A stretch of DNA of 64,000 nucleotides, from positions 221,092,001 through 221,156,000 of the forward strand of contig OZ024741.1 of assembly GCA_964016885.1 (NCBI GenBank). The letters run 5' to 3'. The translations under genes were made by a program, and so were the position numbers. Origin of the DNA: Eledone cirrhosa (taxonomy: Eukaryota). Every line of letters starts with the position of its first letter. The stretch's first letter is position 1. Shown in pieces: positions 32,001 through 49,225 of this stretch. The notes below the pieces were generated by a model, which saw nothing but the letters and a program-made list of their open reading frames with translations, had not been told where the DNA came from and ran no database searches.

Positions 32001-35000
32001 AAACCGGACACTCTCGCACACATACATATACACACTCTCTGACACACATATATAAACCTGACACTCTCGCACACATACATACACAGTCTCTGACACACAT
32101 ATATAAACCGGACACTCTCGCACACATACATACACACACTCTCTGACACACATATATAAACCTGCCACTCTCGCACACATACATACACACACACTCTGAC
32201 ACACATATATAAACCTGCCACTCTCGCACACATACATACACACACTCTCTGACACACATATATACACCGGACACTCTCGCACACATACATACACACAGTC
32301 TCTGACACACATATATAAACCTGACACTCTCGCACACATACATACACACACTCTCTGACACACATATATAAACCGGACACTCTCGCACACATACATACAC
32401 ACACTCTCGCACACATACATACACACACTCTCTGACACACATATATAAACCTGACACTCTCGCACACATACATACACACACTCTCTGACACACATATATA
32501 GACCTGACACTCTCGCACACATACATACACACACTCTCTGACACACATATATAAACCGGACACTCTCGCACACATACATACACACACTCTCGCACACATA
32601 CATACACACACTCTCTGACACACATATATAAACCTGCCACTCTCGCACATATACATACACACACTCTCTGACACACATATATACACCTGACACTCTCGCA
32701 CACATACATACACACACTCTCTGACACACATATATAAACCTGACACTCTCGCACACCTACATACACACACTCTCTGACACATATATAAACCTGCCACTCT
32801 CGCACACCTACATACACACACTCTCTGACACACATATATAAACCTGCCACTCTCGCACACCTACATACACACACTCTCTGACACATATATAAACCGGACA
32901 CTCTCGCCCACATACATACACACACTCTCTGACACACATATATAAACCTGACACTCTCGCACACATACATACACACACTCTCTGACACACATATATACAC
33001 CTAACACTCTCGCACACATACATACACACACTCTCTGACATACATATATACACCTGACACTCTCGCACACATACATACACACACTCTCTGACACACATAT
33101 ATAAACCTGACACTCTCGCACACATACATACACACACTCTCTGACACACATATATAAACCGGACACTCTCGCACACATACATACACCCACTCTCTGACAC
33201 ATATATAAGCCTGACACTCACGCACACATACATACACACACTCTCTGACACACATATATAAACCGGACACTCTCGCACACATACACACACACGCTCTCTG
33301 ACACACATATATAAACCTCACACTCTCGCACACATACACACACACGCTCTCTGACACACATATATAAACCTGACACTCTCGCGCACATACATACACACAC
33401 TCTCTGTCACATATATAAGCCTGACACTCTCGCACACATACATACAGACACTCTCTGACACACATATATACACCTGACACTCTCGCACACATACATACAC
33501 TCACTCTCTGACACACATATATACACCTGACACTCTCGCATACATACATACACCCACTCTCTGACACACATATATACACCTGACACTCTCGCACACATAC
33601 ATACACTCACTCTCTGACACATATATAAACCGGACACTCTCGCACACATACATACACACACTCTCTGACACACATATATAAACCTGACACTCTCGCACAC
33701 ATACATACACACAGTCTCTGACACACATATATAAACCGGACACTCTCGCACACATACATACACACACTCTCTGACACACATATATAAACCTGACACTCTC
33801 GCACACATACATACACACACTCTCTGACACACATATATAAACCTGACACTCTCGCATACATACATACACACAATCTCTGACACACATATATAAACCGGAC
33901 ACTCTCGCACACATACATACACACACTCTCTGACACATATATATAAACCGGACACTCTCGCACACATACATACACACACTCTCTGACACACATATATAAA
34001 CCTGACACTCTCGCACACATACATACACACAATCTCTGACACACATATATAAACCGGACACTCTCGCACACATACATACACACAATCTCTGACACACATA
34101 TATAAACCTGACACTCTCGCATACATACATACACACAATCTCTGACACACATATATAAACGGGACACTCTCGCACACCTACATACACACACTCTCTGACA
34201 CACATATATAAACCTGACACTCTCGCACACATACATACACACACTCTCTGACACACATATATAAACCGGACACTCTCGCACACATACATACACACACTCT
34301 CTGACACACATATATAAACCGGACACTCTCGCACACATACATACACACACTCTCTGACACACATATATAAACCGGACACTCTCGCACACATATATACACA
34401 CACTCTCTGACACATATATAAACCTGACACTCTCGCACACATACATACACACACTCTCTGACGCACATATATAAACCTGACACTCTCGCACACATACATA
34501 CACACACTCTCTGACACACATATATAAACGGGACACTCTCGCACACCTACATACACACACTCTCTGACACACATATATAAACCTGACACTCTCGCACACA
34601 TACATACACACACTCTCTGGCACACATATATACACCTGACACTCTCGCACACATACATACACACACTCTCTGACACACATATATAAACCTGACACTCTCG
34701 CACACATACATACACACACTCTCTGACACACATATAAAAACCTGACACTCTCGCACACATACATACACACACTCTCTGACACACATATATACACCTGACA
34801 CTCTCGCACACATACATACACACACTCTCTGACACACATATATACACCTGACACTCTCGCACACATACATACACACACTCTCTGACACACATATATAAAC
34901 CGGACACTATCGCACACATACATACACACATATATAAACCGGAACTCTCGCACACATACATACACAGTCTCTCTGACACACATATATAAACCTGACACTC

Positions 35001-38000
35001 TCGCACACCTACATACACACACTCTCTGACACACATATATACACCTGACACTCTCGCACACATACATACACACATTCTCTGACACACATATATAAACCGG
35101 ACACTGTCGCACACATACATACACACACTCTCTGACACACATATATAAACCGGAACTCTCGCACACATACATACACACACTCTCTGACACACATATATAA
35201 ACCAGACACTGTCGCACACATACATACACACACTCTCTGACACACATATATAAACCTGACACTCTCGCACACATACATACACACACTCTCTGACACACAT
35301 ATATAAACCAGACACTGTCGCACACATACATACACACACTCTCTGACACACATATATAAACCTGATACTCTCGCACACATACATACACACACTCTCTGAC
35401 ACACATATATAAACCGGACACTCTCGCACACATACATACACACACTCTCTGACACACATATATAAACCGGACACTCTCGCACACATACATACACACACTC
35501 TCTGACACACATATATAAACCTGACACTCTCGCACACATACATACACACACTCTCTGACACACATATATAAACCTGCCACTCTCGCACACATACATACAC
35601 ACACTCTCTGACACACATATATAAACCGGACACTCTCGCATACATACATACACACAATCTCTGACACACATATATAAACCTGATACTCTCGCACACATAC
35701 ATACACACACTCTCTGACACACATATATAAACCGGACACTCTCGCACACATACATACACACACTCTCTGACACACATATATAAACCGGACACTCTCGCAC
35801 ACATACATACACACACTCTCTGACACACATATATAAACCTGACACTCTCGCACACATACATACACACACTCTCTGACACACATATATAAACCTGCCACTC
35901 TCGCACACATACATACACACACTCTCTGACACACATATATAAACCGGACACTCTCGCATACATACATACACACAATCTCTGACACACATATATACACCTG
36001 ACACTCTCGCACACATATATACACACACTCTCTGACACACATATATAAACCTGACACTCTCGCACACATACATACACACACTCTCTGACACATATATAAA
36101 CCTGACACTCTCGCATACATACATACACACACTCTCTGACACACATATATAAACCTGCCACTCTCGCACACATACATACACACACTCTCTGACACACATA
36201 TATAAACCGGACACTCTCGCATACATACATACACACAATCTCTGACACATATATAAACCTGCCACTCTCGCACACATACATACACACACTCTCTGACACA
36301 CATATATAAACCTGACACTCTCGCACACATACATACACACACTCTCTGACACACATATATAAACCGGACACTCTCGCACACATACATACACACACTCTCT
36401 GACACACATATATAAACCGGACACTCTCGCACACATACATACACACACTCTCTGACACACATATATAAACCTGACACTCTCGCACACATACATACACACA
36501 CTCTCTGACACACATATATAAACCTGACACTCTCGCACACATACATACACACACTCTCTGACACATATATAAACCTGACACTCTCGCACACATACATACA
36601 CACACTCTCTGACACACATATATAAACCGGACACTCTCGCACACATACATATACACACTCTCTGACACACATATATAAACCTGACACTCTCGCACACATA
36701 CATACACACTCTCTGACACACATATATAAACCTGACACTCTCGCACACATACATACACACACTCTCTGACACACATATATAAACCTGACACTCTCGCATA
36801 CATACATACACACACTCTCTGACACACATATATAAACCGGACACTCTCGCATACATACACACACTCTCTGACACACATATATAAACCTGACACTCTCGCA
36901 TACATACATACATACACACACTCTCTGACACATATATAAACCTGACACTCTCGCACACATACATACACACACTCTCTGACACATATATAAACCGGACACT
37001 CTCGCACACATACATACACACACTCTCTGACACACATATATAAACCTGACACTCTCGCACACATACATACACACTCTCTGACACACATATATAAACCTGA
37101 CACTCTCGCACACATACATACACACACTCTCTGACACACATATATAAACCTGACACTCTCGCATACATACATACACACACTCTCTGACACACATATATAA
37201 ACCGGACACTCTCGCATACATACATACACACACTCTCTGACACACATATATAAACCTGACACTCTCGCATACATACATACATACACACACTCTCTGACAC
37301 ATATATAAACCTGACACTCTCGCACACATACATACACACACTCTCTGACACACATATATAAACCGGACACTCTCGCACACATATATACACACACTCTCTG
37401 ACACACATATATAAACCTGCCACTCTCGCACACATACACACACACACTCTCTGACACACATATATAAGCCTGACACTCTCGCACACATACATACACACAC
37501 TCTCTGACACACATATATAAACCTGACACTCTCGCACACATACATACACCCACTCTCTGACACACATATATAAACCTGACACTCTCGCACACTTACATAC
37601 ACACACTCTCTGACACACATATATAAACCTGACACTCTCGCACACATACATACACACAATCTCTGACACACATATATAAACCTGACACTCTCGCACACCT
37701 ACATACACCCACTCTCTGACACACATATATAAACCTGACACTCTCGCACACTTACATACACACACTCTCTGACACACATATATAAACCTGACACTCTCGC
37801 ACACATACATACACACACTCTCTGACACACATATATAAACTGGACACTCTCGCACACCTACATACACACACTCGCTGACACACATATATAAACCGGACAC
37901 TCTCGCACACCTACATACACACACTCTCTGACACACATATATAAACCGGACACTCTCGCACACCTACATACACACACTCTCTGACACACATATATACACA

Positions 38001-41000
38001 TGACACTCTCGCACACATACATACACACACTCTCTGACACACATATATAAACCTGACACTCTCGCACACATACATACACACACTCTCTGACACACATATA
38101 TACACCGGACACTCTCGCACACATACATACACACACTCTCTGACACACATATATAAACCTGCCACTCTCGCACACATACATACACACACTCTCTGACACA
38201 CATATATAAACCTGCCACTCTCGCACACATACATACACACACACTCTGACACACATATATAAACCTGCCACTCTCGCACACATACATACACACACTCTCT
38301 GACACACATATATACACCGGACACTCTCGCACACATACATACACACAGTCTCTGACACACATATATAAACCTGACACTCTCGCACACATACATACACACA
38401 CTCTCTGACACACATATATAAACCGGACACTCTCGCACACATACATACACACACTCTCGCACACATACATACACACACTCTCTGACACACATATATAAAC
38501 CTGACACTCTCGCACACATACATACACACACTCTCTGACACACATATATAGACCTGACACTCTCGCACACATACATACACACACTCTCTGACACACATAT
38601 ATAAACCGGACACTCTCGCACACATACATACACACACTCTCGCACACATACATACACACACTCTCTGACACACATATATAAACCTGCCACTCTCGCACAT
38701 ATACATACACACACTCTCTGACACACATATATACACCTGACACTCTCGCACACATACATACACACACTCTCTGACACACATATATAAACCTGACACTCTC
38801 GCACACCTACATACACACACTCTCTGACACATATATAAACCTGCCACTCTCGCACACCTACATACACACACTCTCTGACACACATATATAAACCTGCCAC
38901 TCTCGCACACCTACATACACACACTCTCTGACACATATATAAACCGGACACTCTCGCCCACATACATACACACACTCTCTGACACACATATATAAACCTG
39001 ACACTCTCGCACACATACATACACACACTCTCTGACACACATATATACACCTAACACTCTCGCACACATACATACACACACTCTCTGACATACATATATA
39101 CACCTGACACTCTCGCACACATACATACACACACTCTCTGACACACATATATAAACCTGACACTCTCGCACACATACATACACACACTCTCTGACACACA
39201 TATATAAACCGGACACTCTCGCACACATACATACACCCACTCTCTGACACATATATAAGCCTGACACTCACGCACACATACATACACACACTCTCTGACA
39301 CACATATATAAACCGGACACTCTCGCACACATACACACACACGCTCTCTGACACACATATATAAACCTCACACTCTCGCACACATACACACACACGCTCT
39401 CTGACACACATATATAAACCTGACACTCTCGCGCACATACATACACACACTCTCTGTCACATATATAAGCCTGACACTCTCGCACACATACATACAGACA
39501 CTCTCTGACACACATATATACACCTGACACTCTCGCATACATACATACACTCACTCTCTGACACACATATATACACCTGACACTCTCGCATACATACATA
39601 CACCCACTCTCTGACACACATATATACACCTGACACTCTCGCACACATACATACACTCACTCTCTGACACATATATAAACCGGACACTCTCGCACACATA
39701 CATACACACACTCTCTGACACACATATATAAACCTGACACTCTCGCACACATACATACACACAGTCTCTGACACACATATATAAACCGGACACTCTCGCA
39801 CACATACATACACACACTCTCTGACACACATATATAAACCTGACACTCTCGCACACATACATACACCCACTCTCTGACACACATATATAAACCTGACACT
39901 CTCGCACACATACATACACACAGTCTCTGACACACATATATACCTGACACTCTCGCACACATACATACACACACTCTCTGACACATATATAAGCCTGACA
40001 CTCTCGCACACATACATACACACACTCTCTGACACACATATATACACCTGACACTCTCGCACACATACATACACTCACTCTCTGACACACATATATACAC
40101 CTGACACTCTCGCATACATACAGACACCCACTCTCTGACACACATATATAAACCGGACACTCTCGCACACATACATACACACACTCTCTGACACACATAT
40201 ATAAACCGGACACTCTCGCACACATACATACACACACTCTCTGACACACATATATAAACCTGACACTCTCGCACACATACATACACACACTCTCTGACAC
40301 ACATATATAAACCTGACACTCTCGCACACATACATACACACACTCTCTGACACATATATAAACCGGACACTCTCGCACTCATACATACACACACTCTCTG
40401 ACACACATATATAAACCTGACACTCTCGCACACCTACATACACACACTCTCTGACACACATATATAAACCTGACACTCTCGCACACCTACATACACACAC
40501 TCTCTGACACACATATATAAACCTGACACTCTCGCATACATACATACACACACTCTCTGACACACATATATAAACCTGACACTCTCGCACACATACATAC
40601 ACACACTCACTGACACACATATATACACCTGACACTCTTGCACACATGCATACACACATTCTCTGACACATATATAAACCTGACACTCTCGCACACATAC
40701 ATACACACAATCTCTGACACACATATATAAACCTGACACTCTCGCACACCTACATACACCCACTCTCTGACACACATATATAAACCTGACACTCTCACAC
40801 ACTTACATACACACACTCTCTGACACACATATATAAACCTGACACTCTCGCACACATACATACACACACTCTCTGACACACATATATAAACCGGACACTC
40901 TCGCACACCTACATACACACACTCGCTGACACACATATATAAACCGGACACTCTCGCACACCTACATACACACACTCTCTGACACACATATATAAACCGG

Positions 41001-44000
41001 ACACTCTCGCACACCTACATACACACACTCTCTGACACACATATATACACATGACACTCTCGCACACATACATACACACACTCTCTGACACACATATATA
41101 AACCTGACACTCTCGCACACATACATACACACACTCTCTGACACACATATATACACCGGACACTCTCGCACACATACATACACACACTCTCTGACACACA
41201 TATATAAACCTGCCACTCTCGCACACATACATACACACACTCTCTGACACACATATATAAACCTGCCACTCTCGCACACATACATACACACACACTCTGA
41301 CACACATATATAAACCTGCCACTCTCGCACACATACATACACACACTCTCTGACACACATATATACACCGGACACTCTCGCACACATACATACACACAGT
41401 CTCTGACACACATATATAAACCTGACACTCTCGCACACATACATACACACACTCTCTGACACACATATATAAACCGGACACTCTCGCACACATACATACA
41501 CACACTCTCGCACACATACATACACACACTCTCTGACACACATATATAAACCTGACACTCTCGCACACATACATACACACACTCTCTGACACACATATAT
41601 AAACCTGACACTCTCGCACACATACATACACACACTCTCTGACACACATATATAAACCGGACACTCTCGCACACATACATACACACACTCTCGCACACAT
41701 ACATACACACACTCTCTGACACATATATAAACCTGCCACTCTCGCACACCTACATACACACACTCTCTGACACACATATATAAACCTGCCACTCTCGCAC
41801 ACCTACATACACACACTCTCTGACACATATATAAACCGGACACTCTCGCCCACATACATACACACACTCTCTGACACACATATATAAACCTGACACTCTC
41901 GCACACATACATACACACACTCTCTGACACACATATATACACCTAACACTCTCGCACACATACATACACACACTCTCTGACATACATATATACACCTGAC
42001 ACTCTCGCACACATACATACACACACTCTCTGACACACATATATAAACCTGACACTCTCGCACACATACATACACACACTCTCTGACACACATATATAAA
42101 CCGGACACTCTCGCACACATACATACACCCACTCTCTGACACATATATAAGCCTGACACTCTCGCACACATACATACACACACTCTCTGACACACATATA
42201 TAAACCGGACACTCTCGCACACATACACACACACGCTCTCTGACACACATATATAAACCTGACACTCTCGCACACATACACACACACGCTCTCTGACACA
42301 CATATATAAACCTGACACTCTCGCACACCTACATACACACACTCTCTGACACATATATATAAACCTGACACTCTCGCACACATACATACACACACTCTCT
42401 GTCACATATATAAGCCTGACACTCTCGCACACATACATACACACACTCTCTGACACACATATATACACCTGACACTCTCGCACACATACATACACTCACT
42501 CTCTGACACACATATATACACCTGACACTCTCGCATACATACATACACCCACTCTCTGACACACATATATACACCTGACACTCTCGCACACATACATACA
42601 CTCACTCTCTGACACATATATAAACCGGACACTCTCGCACACATACATACACACACTCTCTGACACACATATATAAACCTGACACTCTCGCACACATACA
42701 TACACACAGTCTCTGACACACATATATAAACCGGACACTCTCGCACACATACATACACACACTCTCTGACACACATATATAAACCTGACACTCTCGCACA
42801 CATACATACACCCACTCTCTGACACACATATATAAACCTGACACTCTCGCACACATACATACACACAGTCTCTGACACACATATATACCTGACACTCTCG
42901 CACACATACATACACACACTCTCTGACACATATATAAGCCTGACACTCTCGCACACATACATACACACACTCTCTGACACACATATATACACCTGACACT
43001 CTCGCACACATACATACACTCACTCTCTGACACACATATATACACCTGACACTCTCGCATACATACATACACCCACTCTCTGACACACATATATACACCT
43101 GACACTCTCGCATACATACATACACTCACTCTCTGACACACATATATAAACCGGACACTCTCGCACACATACATACACACACTCTCTGACACATATATAA
43201 ACCGGACACTCTCGCACACATACATACACACACTCTCTGACACATATATAAACCTGACACTCTCGCACACATACATACACTCACCCTCTGACACACATAT
43301 ATAAACCGGACACTCTCGCACACATACATACACTCACTCTCTGACACACATACATAAACCTGCCACTCTCGCATACATACATACACACACTCTCTGACAC
43401 ACATATATACACCGGACACTCTCGCACACATACATACACAGTCTCTCTGACACACATATATACACCTGACACTCTCGCACACATACATACACACACTCTC
43501 TGACACACATATATAAACCTGACACTCTCGCACACATACATACACACACTTTCTGACACACATATATAAACCGGACACTCTCGCACACATACATACACAT
43601 ACTCTCTGACACACATATATAAACCGGACACTCTTGCACACATGCATACACACACTCTCTGACACACATATATAAACCTGACACTCTCGCACACATACAT
43701 ACACAGACTCTCTGACACACATATATAAACCGGACACTCTTGCACACATGCATACACACACTCTCTGACACACATATATAAACCTGACACTCTCGCACAC
43801 ATACATACACACATTCTCTGACACATATATAAACCGGACACTCTCGCACACATACATACACACACTCTCTGACACACATATATAAACCTGACACTCTCGC
43901 ACACCTACATACACACACTCTCTGACACACATATATAAACCTGACACTCTCGCATACATACATACACACACTCTCTGACACACATATATAAACCTGACAC

Positions 44001-47000
44001 TCTCGCACACATACATACACACACTCTCTGACACACATATATACACCTGACACTCTTGCACACATGCATACACACATTCTCTGACACACATATATACACC
44101 GGACACTCTCGCACACATACATACACACAGTCTCTGACACACATATATAAACCTGACACTCTCGCACACATACATACACACACTCTCTGACACACATATA
44201 TAAACCGGACACTCTCGCACACATACATACACACACTCTCGCACACATACATACACACACTCTCTGACACACATATATAAACCTGACACTCTCGCCCACA
44301 TACATACACACACTCTCTGACACACATATATAAACCTGACACTCTCGCACACATACATACACACACTCTCTGACACACATATATAAACCGGATACTCTCG
44401 CACACATACATACACACACTCTCGCACACATACATACACACACTCTCTGTCACACATATATAAACCTGCCACTCTCGCACACATACATACACACACTCTC
44501 TGACACACATATATACACCTGACACTCTCGCACACATACATACACACACTCTCTGACACACATATATAAACATGACACTCTCGCACACCTACATACACAC
44601 ACTCTCTGACACATATATAAACCTGCCACTCTCGCACACCTACATACACACACTCTCTGACACACATATATAAACCTGCCACTCTCGCACACCTACATAC
44701 ACACACTCTCTGACACATATATAAACCGGAGACTCTCGCCCACATACATACACACACTCTCTGACACACATATATAAACCTGACACTCTCGCACACATAC
44801 ATACACACACTCTCTGACACACATATATACACCTAACACTCTCGCACACATACATACACACACTCTCTGACATACATATATACACCTGACACTCTCGCAC
44901 ACATACATACACACACTCTCTGACACACATATATAAACCTGACACTCTCGCACACATACATACACACACTCTCTGACACACATATATAAACCGGACACTC
45001 TCGCACACATACATACACCCACTCTCTGACACATATATAAGCCTGACACTCTCGCACACATACATACACACACTCTCTGACACACATATATAAACCGGAC
45101 ACTCTCGCACACATACACACACACGCTCTCTGACACACATATATAAACCTGACACTCTCGCACACATACACACACACGCTCTCTGACACACATATATAAA
45201 CCTGACACTCTCGCACACCTACATACACACACTCTCTGACACATATATATAAACCTGACACTCTCGCACACATACATACACACACTCTCTGTCACATATA
45301 TAAGCCTGACACTCTCGCACACATACATACACACACTCTCTGACACACATATATACACCTGACACTCTCGCACACATACATACACTCACTCTCTGACACA
45401 CATATATACACCTGACACTCTCGCATACATACATACACCCACTCTCTGACACACATATATACACCTGACACTCTCGCACACATACATACACTCACTCTCT
45501 GACACATATATAAACCGGACACTCTCGCACACATACATACACACACTCTCTGACACACATATATAAACCTGACACTCTCGCACACATACATACACACAGT
45601 CTCTGACACACATATATAAACCGGACACTCTCGCACACATACATACACACACTCTCTGACACACATATATAAACCTGACACTCTCGCACACATACATACA
45701 CCCACTCTCTGACACACATATATAAACCTGACACTCTCGCACACATACATACACACAGTCTCTGACACACATATATACCTGACACTCTCGCACACATACA
45801 TACACACACTCTCTGACACATATAAAGCCTGACACTCTCGCACACATACATACACACACTCTCTGACACACATATATACACCTGACACTCTCGCATACAT
45901 ACATACACTCACTCTCTGACACACATATATAAACCGGACACTCTCGCACACATACATACACACACTCTCTGACACATATATAAACCGGACACTCTCGCAC
46001 ACATACATACACACACTCTCTGACACACATATATAAACCTGACACTCTCGCACACATACATACACTCACTCTCTGACACACATATATAAACCGGACACTC
46101 TCGCACACATACATACACACACTCTCTGACACACATATATAAACCTGCCACTCTCGCATACATACATACACACACTCTCTGACACACATATATACACCGG
46201 ACACTCTCGCACACATACATACACAGTCTCTCTGACACACATATATACACCTGACACTCTCGCACACATACATACACACACTCTCTGACACACATATATA
46301 AACCTGACACTCTCGCACACATACATACACACACTCTCTGACACACATATATACACCTGACACTCTTGCACACATGCATACACACATTCTCTGACACATA
46401 TATAAACCTGACACTCTCGCACACATACATACACACACTCTCTGACACACATATATAAACCGGACACTCTTGCACACATGCGTACACACACTCTCTGACA
46501 CACATATATAAACCTGACACTCTCGCACACATACATACACACACTCTCTGACACACATATATAAACCGGACACTCTTGCACACATGCATACACACACTCT
46601 CTGACACACATATATAAACCTGACACTCTCGCACACATACATACACACATTCTCTGACACATATATAAACCGGACACTCTCGCACACATACATACACACA
46701 CTCTCTGACACACATATATAAACCTGACAATCTCGCACACATACATACACACACTCTCTGACACACATATATACACCTGACACTCTGGCACACATACATA
46801 CACACACTCTCTGACACACATATATAAACCTGACACTCTCGCACACATACATACACACATTCTCTGACACATATATAAACCTGACACTCTCGCACACATA
46901 CATACACACACTCTCTGACACACATATATAAACCTGACACTCTCGCACACATGCATACACACACTCTCTGACACACACATATAAACCTGACACTCTCGCA

Positions 47001-47010
47001 CACATGCATA
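23064..47010. repeat. ~24 kb satellite of a 53-bp monomer (ctctctgacacacatatataaacctgacactctcgcacacatacatacacaca), ~450 copies with higher-order repeats
   Basis: Monomer counted directly. Variant monomers recur at offsets of ~6050, 4623 and ~2890 bp. Confidence 0.97.
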
Positions 47011-47148
47011 TACACATACACACACGCGTATGACCCAGACACTCACACACACAAGCACACTCACAGACACATAAACTAGACACACTCTCATACACCTTTA
47101 CAAACAACACATATATACGCACATACTTACCTACACTTTCTTAATATT

Positions 47149-47184
<36 letters not shown>

Positions 47185-47284
47185 TCACACATATGGACAT
47201 ACGTTCACTATGTCAATATGTTGCACATATATACATACGTATACATAGTTTCACAATATCAATGTTTGACAATTATTACATATA

Positions 47285-47680
47285 CAGACACATACATACA
47301 TTCACTATGTCAAAGTTTGACATAATACACATACATACATATATATATATATATACATACGTTCACAATGTCAATATCTGGCACATACATATATCCATTG
47401 ACATACACACATACAGACACATACATACATTCACCATGTCAAAGTTTGACATAATACACATACATACACATATATATACGTTCACAATGTCAATATCTGG
47501 CACATACATATATCCATTGACATACACACATACAGACACATACATACATTCACTATGTCAAAGTTTGACATAATACACATACATACATACATATATATAT
47601 ATACGTTCACAATGTCAATATCTGGCACATACATATATCCATTGACATACACACATACAGACACATACATACATTCACTA
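47285..47680. repeat. ~120-130 bp tandem repeat, about 3 copies
   Basis: atgtcaaagtttgacat (inverted repeat) and gttcacaatgtcaatatctggcac each recur three times. Confidence 0.85.
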
Positions 47681-47827
47681 TGTATTCATACTCACTATGT
47701 ATTCACTAATAACTGCATATACACATGTACAGATACAAAGCATATACACATGCACACATACAACTCAAAACATCCACATCCACACATACAATAACATCCA
47801 TATCTACACATGCATACATACATTTCT

Positions 47828-47935
47828 ACCTAGTTGATGTGTAAATTCCAATGAGAGTGTCTTGTGTCTATGTTAGAAACCGACTCTCTCTCTATTGGGA
47901 AAACTTTGTGAAATTATAAAACCAGAAGAACATAC
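47828..47935 (+). mobile_element. Retroelement 3' end fragment terminating in (CATA)n
   Basis: Close copy at 49352-49440. The same terminus gtgaaattataaaac(c/g)agaagaa-catacat occurs at 16851-16885. Confidence 0.6.
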
Positions 47936-47959
47936 ATGCATACAAACATACATACATAC

Positions 47960-48514
47960 GGTGGCTGCCAACTCGTTTTCGAGTACGGCCACTACTTTAT
48001 ATCCATGTAGGAGAACCCCTCTGGTACAAACACTACACTTGTGACAATTATTGACACATAGTGCTGGGCCCATGGCATCATGTGACGACAAGTGCAGTGA
48101 GATCTCCAGATATAAAGCAATGCCTGTGCCGCGAAGCTTTTAGAGTGAGCAAAGGCACTGCACAAAGCCAGTCCCACTCTCTTAACCAAGATGATATTAA
48201 CCAAAAAGAAGAACAAGTCAACATCATTGGATACCATCAGGGTTGCAGGTGTTATATCAGAGTTTTCCTTCTCCTAGAATTCTACCTTGACAAAGGCTAA
48301 GGGGTCATCTCTCCCGGTGATTTTGGATGGCCATTGATTCTTACGAGCTCCTTTGCCACTTGACAGGTTTTGTTTTTAGTCCTGCAGGATGTCCAAAGTC
48401 ACCCTTCTCACCAAGAAATCTTGGTGGGGTTGCCAGTTTAGTCGCCAACGACCCGACCATGAGACAGATTGTACTGGGATACATGTTACCAGTAGCACCA
48501 ACTGGTGACCTGAC
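47960..48514 (-). mobile_element. Probable LINE 5' region (RTE-like 5'UTR) flanked by (TACA)n
   Basis: Higher-GC unique insert between microsatellites. ggcgactaaactggcaacccc..taaaaac resembles RTE 5'UTRs. No clear protein domain. Confidence 0.35.
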
Positions 48515-48654
48515 ATACATACATACATACATACACACATACATACACACACCCATACATACACACACACATACATACATACATACATACATACATACAT
48601 ACATACATACATACATACATACATACATACATACATACATACATACATACATAC

Positions 48655-49225
48655 ATGAGACACGATGGGATAGCTAGAACCATCTGGAACGCACTTCGGA
48701 AAACAAAATTAACAACAAACGAGGAAGAATATATTGAGACAGATGGCACTAAGGAATACTGGTGGGACCTGAAAATAAAAACTGCCACCAAATTAAAGCA
48801 CAACCGGCCTGATATTGTAGTTTGGGACCACACATTGAAAACGTGTTCTGTTGTGGAGATCAGCTTCCCACTTGATGTAACGTTGTCAGAAAAATACAGG
48901 AGAAGGAGGACATCTACGGACCATTGATGAGGAGTTTACAAATCCAGTATCCAAGATACACCTTTAGCTTCATACCCATCATTATTGGTGCTACGGGTTA
49001 TATACCAACCCGCTTGGACCAAAGTATGACTGAACTTGGATTTGCGGACAAAAAGCGCAGCTCCCTAATTCATAGTCTACAAATGGCTGCGATAGCTGGC
49101 ACCTTCAAAATTTGCAAAACATTCTTGCGATTCAAGGGATGACAATTTCTTTTCTTTTACAACCTTGCCACCAGAAAGGTGGCCGGTCAAAAAAATATAC
49201 TCAAAATTAAGAGAAAGAGAAAACA
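48655..49225 (+). mobile_element. 5'-truncated R4/Dong-type non-LTR retrotransposon: restriction-like endonuclease domain + 3'UTR, frameshifted
   Basis: RHD..WWD..KHNRPDIVVWD..VVEIS.P motif. A frameshift near 48890 joins KIQEKEDIYGPLMRSLQ..PIIIGATG. Stop at 49142. (CATA)n lies on both sides. Confidence 0.85.

Noticed and set aside
22886-47122. Many long minus-strand ORFs (up to ~1400 aa, CVRECQVYI repeats)
   Set aside because: These are translations of a stop-poor 53-bp satellite. All three frames give the same peptide cycle and indels ignore frame.
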